From the NCBI GenBank assembly GCA_028705565.1, contig JAQWDH010000001.1, forward strand, positions 20,363-84,362: a DNA stretch of 64,000 nucleotides. Reading direction: 5' to 3'. Shown here one piece after another: positions 57,619 to 64,000 of this stretch (position 1 is its first letter; the number at the start of each line of letters is the position of its first letter). Source of the stretch: Patescibacteria group bacterium. GTDB lineage: Bacteria > Patescibacteriota > Patescibacteriia > Magasanikbacterales > GWA2-37-8. The position numbers and the translations under genes were made by a program. Under the pieces are notes generated by a model, which saw only the letters and a list, made by a program, of their open reading frames with translations, was not told where the DNA came from and searched no databases.

Positions 57619-58530
57619 TTAGATGTGCTTTTCTGGTTTGTTTTTATCACTTTTTTGCGTGACACCAATTTTCCACACGCCTTTTTCCAGAAAGGCTTCT
57701 ATTGTCTGGCGCGTAGCTTTATTGATCAAATTAGAGTGTGAAATTTTATTCATTTTTCCATATTCAGCGAGTGTCATAATCTGCGCGCCCTCTAAATACG
57801 CCAGCCGTTTGTGGTAACTATTGGTAAGCGCCTTGCCGACTATTTCTTCCATAATATCCGTCGCGCCTTTGGCATCAAATTCTCTAAACGCTTCATAATA
57901 TTTATTTCTGTCAATAAATTTGATGTTTATCGGCACGAATCCTTCACGTATCAATAAATAATTATTTATTACACGTCCAATTCGGCCGTTACCGTCGCAA
58001 AATGGGTGGGTATATTCAAAAGCCAGATGCAATTTTGCAATCCTCTTGATTATATTTTCATGGCTCGTGGCATTGTATTCGGAAAGCATTTTTTCCAGCC
58101 GACCGACTACTTCTTTGGGGTTAGGAGCGATATGGCTGCCAACGCGCACAAATTCATTATCTTTTCTAAATCTTCCGGCAATATCATCACGGATATTTAA
58201 AATCAACATTTTATGAAGTGACAAAATTATTTCCAGGGTAAGCTCCTGTTCTTTGGCTCTTTGGTCAATATATGTTACTACTCGCGCTAAATTTTTTGCC
58301 TCAAACATTTCTCGTTCAGAGATGTATCGATCCAAATCTATCTGTAAAAGTATTTTTTCGGTTTCTTCCAATGTGAGTGTGCTGTTTTCGATAGCATTAG
58401 AGTTGTATACTTGCTCGGCTACTTCGGCTTCGCTGATTAACTTTAAAAGCGCCTGTTTACCAACAGCCACGGTATAGAAGCGTTCTCTTAATTTGGAGAT
58501 TGTGTTAAAAATATGTAGTATTTTAGGCAT
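57619..58530 (-). CDS. fic: Fic-family protein (putative AMPylator) with an intramolecular inhibitory motif
   Basis: Canonical HPFCDGNGRIGR Fic motif; upstream SNAIEN matches the (S/T)xxxE(G/N) inhibitory helix. Confidence 0.85.
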   Translation of the reverse strand: MPKILHIFNTISKLRERFYTVAVGKQALLKLISEAEVAEQVYNSNAIENSTLTLEETEKILLQIDLDRYISEREMFEAKNLARVVTYIDQRAKEQELTLEIILSLHKMLILNIRDDIAGRFRKDNEFVRVGSHIAPNPKEVVGRLEKMLSEYNATSHENIIKRIAKLHLAFEYTHPFCDGNGRIGRVINNYLLIREGFVPINIKFIDRNKYYEAFREFDAKGATDIMEEIVGKALTNSYHKRLAYLEGAQIMTLAEYGKMNKISHSNLINKATRQTIEAFLEKGVWKIGVTQKSDKNKPEKHI

Positions 58531-58854
58531 ATCTATTGTTAATAGTGAATAGTAATTCTACTATACACTATTTTCACTCTTTTGTCAAGATAACCGTGAA
58601 AAACTGTAAGAAATAAGTAATTTTTACGGTTATGGTGTGCTGTATGGCTCTATATCACTCAACCGATATAGTAATGTCAAGTGGTTAAGGCAACAGGTGT
58701 GCATTAGATAGATTTAATTTAGGATAACTCGTCTCGTCCGAGAATACGATGGGGTATTATACTTCCTCCCAATTTACTCAATCACATTCGCCCCCCCCTT
58801 CGTCAATCACCAATCACAAAAAAATAAAAAGTATAAAAATTTTATTTTGCATAA

Positions 58855-59080
58855 CGTTCCAGCGTATGCGATGTTTTTGCGACCAACGGGAGCAAAAATA
58901 TGGGAGAAGAAAATGGCGATGCCATTGAAAATAATATTTATCGCTATTTTCTGAACCGCATATACCGTGTTAGGCGTTGTAAAATTTTTACACTTTTTGT
59001 TTTTTTCGTTCGTCGTTCAATTGTGGGGGGGGGCGAATCCGTTCACTCAATATGGCGAAGGGGCAGAGGGGGTAGGGGTG
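58855..59080. repeat. ~215-bp element copy B, between fic and the AAA-ATPase gene
   Basis: Direct repeat of copy A. Confidence 0.7.
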
Positions 59081-59106
59081 AATGCCACGTAGCCATATCG
59101 CTCACA

Positions 59107-60540
59107 CTATATCAACAAGAAATAATCCAACGGGACTTTTACAATATTAGCATCTTCTAACAATGTCAGTTCATTATTACATATCACGATACCATACTTG
59201 GCTGAATGTACTTTTTTCATTGTATTTCTCACTTGTGTACCGAGTTTATCACCCATACCAACTTCAATTGGAATTATACTTTTTTCCGCGATGGTTAGAA
59301 TAAAGTCAGCGCCGCCTTTTGAACCGTCATGATTGAGAGCGCCGCGACTGCTGGCGACAAATTCCCGGTGTAATGTCATAGCCACGATATCTTCCATCAG
59401 GCGGCCTTTTTGACCGATGAAAATTTGTTCATTACCGGCGACAGAAAGAAACGCCGACCGCATCGCCGATGACATAAATTGATAACGGGATGGTTTTCTA
59501 ACTTTTTTGGAATTTGAGCCGTACGGCATAATGCGGATAAGCAACTCCGCCTGCTCCAGTACTTCAAGAATATTAGCGATAGTGTGCACGGTTGTCTCAA
59601 GTGTCACGGAAAGTTTTTGTACGCTTACCACATCGGATTCGGCTAATAAAAATAACACTCTTTTGATATAACCGAGTGTTTTATTATCAAAACGGCCCAA
59701 ATTCTGAACATCTTGGTTAATTACTTTGTCTAAGAGCAAGGAAATTGTTTGGTAAACCCGCACTTCATCTTTCATGCGAATTGCGAATGGTAATGTGCCA
59801 ATTTTTAAATATTCATCAACATAATGACGATCAATAGATGACCACGCGCTCATTACGCTTTGTTCATATTTTTTTAATTTTTCGTAGGCGTCTTTAGCAG
59901 AATCGGCACTAAATAAAGCTTCTTTTAAATTTCTCTTAAGATCTTTAACGGGAAATTTACCATCGCGAATCATTAAAAATTCAGTGAAACTGGTTGGAAA
60001 AAGTTTTTGGAAAATTGAACGACGAATTACATCGGGATTTGTTTGTAAAGAGACAGCCGACGAACCACTACAGACAACAAAAACTTTGTTTGATCGGTCG
60101 TAAACAGTTTTTAATACTGACGCCCACTTTGGATCGTACTGCGCTTCATCAATAAATATAAATATCGGTTTGGTAAGTTTTTCAAAACTTTCACCTATTA
60201 TTTTTTCGTAAGCTGTTAAAACATCTTTGAGAGATGAACCTAAAACATTTACCACTTCATCAAGTGAAATGTAAAGCATTCTTTGTTGGTCAACTTCTTG
60301 ATAATGATTTAGAAAAAGTTGAGCCAATATAGTGGTTTTGCCAACGCCACGAAGACCTGGAATAATAATCCACCGATCGTGGGCTTCTGGGTTATGCAAA
60401 AAATCTCTCAAGTATTTATCTATTTTAATATAGATATTTCTTTGGGGATATTTTTTGCCCTGTTCATCTTGTACATATGTTCGCAAGCGAAAGGGGATTT
60501 GGACTAACTGATTTTGTAGATATTTAAGGATTTCCTCCAT
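59107..60540 (-). CDS. AAA-family ATPase of the DUF4143-containing type
   Basis: Walker A IIPGLRGVGKTT (GxRxVGKTT type), Walker B IFIDEAQ; length and C-terminal region typical of the family. Confidence 0.65.
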   Translation of the reverse strand: MEEILKYLQNQLVQIPFRLRTYVQDEQGKKYPQRNIYIKIDKYLRDFLHNPEAHDRWIIIPGLRGVGKTTILAQLFLNHYQEVDQQRMLYISLDEVVNVLGSSLKDVLTAYEKIIGESFEKLTKPIFIFIDEAQYDPKWASVLKTVYDRSNKVFVVCSGSSAVSLQTNPDVIRRSIFQKLFPTSFTEFLMIRDGKFPVKDLKRNLKEALFSADSAKDAYEKLKKYEQSVMSAWSSIDRHYVDEYLKIGTLPFAIRMKDEVRVYQTISLLLDKVINQDVQNLGRFDNKTLGYIKRVLFLLAESDVVSVQKLSVTLETTVHTIANILEVLEQAELLIRIMPYGSNSKKVRKPSRYQFMSSAMRSAFLSVAGNEQIFIGQKGRLMEDIVAMTLHREFVASSRGALNHDGSKGGADFILTIAEKSIIPIEVGMGDKLGTQVRNTMKKVHSAKYGIVICNNELTLLEDANIVKVPLDYFLLI

Positions 60541-60811
60541 ATATTTGTATGTTAGTTAAGTGATATAGTAATAGCACTTACTATACTACTATACTGATAT
60601 AGTAATGTCAAGGGGTAGTTTTTTTGGTTAAAATATGGGGTTTTGTGACTATTTACTAAATTGAGTAAAGAATAAGTGTCGCTTGATTAGTGATAAATTT
60701 GTTTCGGTGGTAAACAGCTGAGAATTTTTTTGGACAGATTTTTTGTGTTTTCAACATAATGTCTTTCTATCCCCGACTGGATGTCATCATTATTCTCTTA
60801 TTAATAAAAAA

Positions 60812-61591
60812 TCAGAAATCGATATCGGAAAAAACTATTTTTCCGTCTCTATATGAAAACTCCAAAGAAATTGTCATGTCGTTAACTGATTTATTTTTGC
60901 TTTTTGTTATTATATTTATAATGGTTTCTATTTTTTCTCGATATAGATTTAAAAAATTATAAATTTCTCTAATCTCTTCTTCTTTTATTAAAGAATCTTT
61001 GTCTAACTTCTTGGTTGGTTTTAAAAATTCACCAGTTTTTTTAATGAATGTCTGAAAATTTGGATCATTAACATTAACATTGTTCAATATACCGGTACTT
61101 CTTGCGCCTTTATATATATCGAGTACTTCTTGTGTGGGCAACATCTCACCTTTTTCAAATGAAATTCTTCCTGATATTTTATCTTTTGTTTTTTCGGCAG
61201 GAGTTGCTTCTTGTAATATTAAGTACTTAACACTTGAATCGCTTTCAAATAAGGTATGAATTTTTTCAACTATTTTATTTATTTCTTCATCGTTCATCTC
61301 TTTTTCTAAATAGAAAAAAGGCATAGAAAGTTTATCTGGCATACAGGCAAACCTAACAACTAGCGGGGAATCGTGTGCTTGTAATTCTTCAAATATCTTA
61401 CCTTCTAACAGTTTAATTTCTGTTTTTTCAAAATAATCTGTTTTGGGGATTGGTAGTCCAACAGTTTCCAACAATTTAGTTTTTTTTATTTTATATGGAA
61501 TTTCAGGATCATTAAATCTTTCAATCATTTTATCAACCACTAATTCTTTTGGATCACCCTGTTCATTCATTGTATATTTTTCTTGTCTCAT
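60812..61591 (-). CDS. Hypothetical protein (259 aa)
   Basis: ORF only; AT-rich block. Confidence 0.35.
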   Translation of the reverse strand: MRQEKYTMNEQGDPKELVVDKMIERFNDPEIPYKIKKTKLLETVGLPIPKTDYFEKTEIKLLEGKIFEELQAHDSPLVVRFACMPDKLSMPFFYLEKEMNDEEINKIVEKIHTLFESDSSVKYLILQEATPAEKTKDKISGRISFEKGEMLPTQEVLDIYKGARSTGILNNVNVNDPNFQTFIKKTGEFLKPTKKLDKDSLIKEEEIREIYNFLNLYREKIETIINIITKSKNKSVNDMTISLEFSYRDGKIVFSDIDF

Positions 61592-61610
61592 AACATTATT
61601 TACAAAAAAT

Positions 61611-62030
61611 TTATTTTAACTTTTTGTATAGCTTATATTTATTAATAGAATTTTTATATCCCTCTCGCATGTTTAAATTTTCAACATCATCTAAAGATAC
61701 CCATGCATATTCTGTTTGTTCATCATTTAAATTATTTAATTTTATTATTGTGTCACCCATAAAGCATTCAAAGACAAGAATAATAAAATGATAATCTGTA
61801 TTATTAGCCGTTACTTCAAAAGACCAAGAGTCGATTATATCACCAATCTCAATATTTTTTAAACCTAATTCCTCCTCACATTCACGCTTTAACGCATTTT
61901 TTGGCGTCTCACTAAACTCAATACGACCGCCTGGTAGTTCCCACTTTCCCTTATGATCTTTAACAAAAAGTATTTTTTTATCACGATAGAATATCCCCTT
62001 GGTTGTCACTCTCTGAATTTGATTGTTCAT
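61611..62030 (-). CDS. NUDIX hydrolase
   Basis: Nudix box ELPGGRIEFSETPKNALKRECEEELGL. Confidence 0.8.
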   Translation of the reverse strand: MNNQIQRVTTKGIFYRDKKILFVKDHKGKWELPGGRIEFSETPKNALKRECEEELGLKNIEIGDIIDSWSFEVTANNTDYHFIILVFECFMGDTIIKLNNLNDEQTEYAWVSLDDVENLNMREGYKNSINKYKLYKKLK

Positions 62031-62034
62031 ATTT

Positions 62035-62919
62035 TTATATATTATTTAGTAAAATTTTATACATTGCCCAATTGTAGATATATAGACTGTAATCTTCCTT
62101 TTTTAATTTATCTGTTTTGGTTAAAATCTCTGATAACAATGTTCTCCTTTGTGTAAGATGATCCACAATTACAGAGGAGCCTTTCTCGGAGACTTTTTTT
62201 AAATCATGAAATAGACGCTTAATATCTTTATGTTGTACTGAATTATGCCAACATATCCAATCTAAAACATTTGATAAATAAATAAAATTGAAGGATTCTT
62301 TTTTAAAAATATCAGAAAGAGATTCTTTACAAAATGGATTTAAGTTAAAAATAAAAAATTTTATTAGTTGAATATTTTTTTTAACTTTTTTGTAATTTTC
62401 TTTATCGGAAAAAAAAGAACATTCTGAATTATTTTTTAATATTAAGTCTCTTTTTGTTAATTCGTGATTACGAGGAACGAATGGACGTAAAATATTTGGA
62501 ATTTTTGTGATTATTTTTCTTCTCATTAATTTTACCCACTCTGTTCTTATGCCATTTTTATTATAACCAAAGAAAATCAAAAATTCTTCATATTCTAAAT
62601 TAATTATAGAATTTTTAACAAGATAATTGTAAGCTACTTGTTTTGGTGAATAATCAAAGCCGAGTATAAACTTGGGAATGCCGTTGCTTTCGTTCAACAA
62701 ACTAAATAGTGGTATCCCGCTGCCAGAGGTGGCGAGTATTCTTTTATTATGCATATCGCCAATAAAGTCTTTTAATCTCCTAATATTTCTATTTGTCATT
62801 CTGTATTTAAAGCGTCTTTTTAGACCTTTATTAGAAAATCCAAAACATTGGTGTGTAAGGTTTATAAAATCTTCGTCGCTGTATTCTAAATAATCATTGG
62901 TACAAACTTTATTTTCCAT
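62035..62919 (-). CDS. Hypothetical protein (294 aa)
   Basis: ORF only. Confidence 0.35.
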   Translation of the reverse strand: MENKVCTNDYLEYSDEDFINLTHQCFGFSNKGLKRRFKYRMTNRNIRRLKDFIGDMHNKRILATSGSGIPLFSLLNESNGIPKFILGFDYSPKQVAYNYLVKNSIINLEYEEFLIFFGYNKNGIRTEWVKLMRRKIITKIPNILRPFVPRNHELTKRDLILKNNSECSFFSDKENYKKVKKNIQLIKFFIFNLNPFCKESLSDIFKKESFNFIYLSNVLDWICWHNSVQHKDIKRLFHDLKKVSEKGSSVIVDHLTQRRTLLSEILTKTDKLKKEDYSLYIYNWAMYKILLNNI

Positions 62920-63820
62920 ATGTTTTTATTTTAATCATTGGTGGTAATTTTTTATCCGCAATTTTTTGTTTTTTTGAAATAAAATCAGTTCCATTTTCCG
63001 ATATAAAATTTATTAATGTATCTGGTAATTTATTTGTATCTATTTTTAACCTCTTATTATCGTTAGCTATTCTTAAAAGTGTATGCAAAATATTAGAACT
63101 CATTTTGCCTAGCGAGATAACGCTTTGTAGCGCGTGGATTCTTTTTCCTAAATAAACCTGGGCAATCTCTGAACTTTTTAACTTAAAAACAGATTGGAGC
63201 AATACCGCCATTTCAACGCTATATCCTGAATAAAAATCAATCTTTTCTAAATATTTTTTTCTTCCACCATATTCACCAGACAACGGCTGGATAAAATCAA
63301 TTAATTCAGGGAATATTAAATTAATAAATGGCCTAACCATTATTTCCGTAACTCTGGCATCATTTTTGGGGCGATGATAATATCCTTTAACAAAATTAAT
63401 CTTGTTGTCCATAATCATCGGACCAACAACACCAGTTATAAATTGCTCGCCGACGTTCTGTATGTCTGTATCTATCCAAAAAATAATATCAGTATTTAAG
63501 TAGTATAAACTTGCCCACAAATTCCATCCTTTACCGCTTTGTAAAGAAACATTTATTTCTTTTGCTGATTGCTTGTCGGTAATTGTGTTAATGTTGAATT
63601 TTTTGCAAATTTCTATACTACCGTCAGACGACCCACTATCAATGGCAATAATCTCGTCTATTAAATTGTCGCATCTTTTAACGACCTGAATTGTTTTTGC
63701 TATTGTTGCTGCTTCGTTATAAATAGGCAAACACAAACCAACTGACAATTTGTTCTTTTCTTTATACGTAATTAAATCTTTTAAATTGTATTGTTTATAA
63801 CTAAAATATTTCATAATCAT
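62909..63820 (-). CDS. Glycosyltransferase family 2
   Basis: LSVGLCLPIYNEAATIAKTI...AIDSGSSDGS (GT2 DxD-type motifs). Confidence 0.7.
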   Translation of the reverse strand: MIMKYFSYKQYNLKDLITYKEKNKLSVGLCLPIYNEAATIAKTIQVVKRCDNLIDEIIAIDSGSSDGSIEICKKFNINTITDKQSAKEINVSLQSGKGWNLWASLYYLNTDIIFWIDTDIQNVGEQFITGVVGPMIMDNKINFVKGYYHRPKNDARVTEIMVRPFINLIFPELIDFIQPLSGEYGGRKKYLEKIDFYSGYSVEMAVLLQSVFKLKSSEIAQVYLGKRIHALQSVISLGKMSSNILHTLLRIANDNKRLKIDTNKLPDTLINFISENGTDFISKKQKIADKKLPPMIKIKTYGK

Positions 63821-64000
63821 TCGTTTAATAATGAAATTCCATTTTTTAATTTAGGTAAATTGAAATTGGAACAAATAGTTTGTCCTACGTCCGCAAAGGT
63901 ATTTCTGATTCCTAAATCCTTGCCCGTATTCAACGATTTAGAATATAAGAGTATAGGAACAAATTCTCTAGTATGTCCTCTTAAATTTATTGTAGGATCA

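Overview
This is a 64-kb window with a core of about 45% GC and the look of a reduced-genome, Patescibacteria/CPR-like bacterium. That placement is inference from gene content and the heavily interrupted rRNA genes; I could not run any homology search.

Main content, in order along the window:
- A MacAB-like tripartite ABC efflux system.
- Five tRNAs: Gly-GCC, an initiator Met, Leu-TAA, His-GTG and Arg-TCT on one side, plus a Leu-TAG that encodes its CCA.
- A 1554-aa surface protein with LamG-like and peptidoglycan-binding domains.
- ruvB and nrdDG.
- A three-gene prepilin-type (type IV pilin-like) operon, then galU and a solute-binding protein.
- A tandem array of 7 (+1) small secreted VirB2/TrbC-like pilin paralogues with variable Cys-rich ectodomains.
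- rpsO, an NYN-domain gene and pnp.
- An AT-rich glycosyltransferase/Nudix/NDK-like block.
- A 23S rRNA gene (no 16S in the window) carrying at least 5 hairpin intervening sequences, two of them ~140-bp near-identical copies, and a ~850-bp group-I-type intron encoding a LAGLIDADG homing endonuclease.
- A 5S rRNA preceded by a 117-bp tandem partial duplication.
- A 2-oxoacid:ferredoxin oxidoreductase operon (korA, korB, gamma).
- An AT-rich minus-strand block with Fic, a DUF4143-type AAA ATPase, Nudix and a GT2 glycosyltransferase.

Observations worth a second look:
- A 1-kb GC-rich (~52%) two-gene module (P-loop NTPase plus a 100-aa protein, possibly Csx3/Crn3-like) sits at the 3' end of tRNA-Leu(TAA).
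- Heptanucleotide tandem repeats lie at the 5' ends of a flippase gene and of the first pilin gene.
- A family of MITE-like nested palindromes with TGTCAT...ATGACA termini is scattered through intergenic regions.
- Degenerate GTCYAYGG and (GGACGGT)n repeat tracts recur in several intergenic regions.
- Two ~215-bp elements with terminal inverted repeats flank fic.
- The initiator tRNA carries C33 instead of U33.
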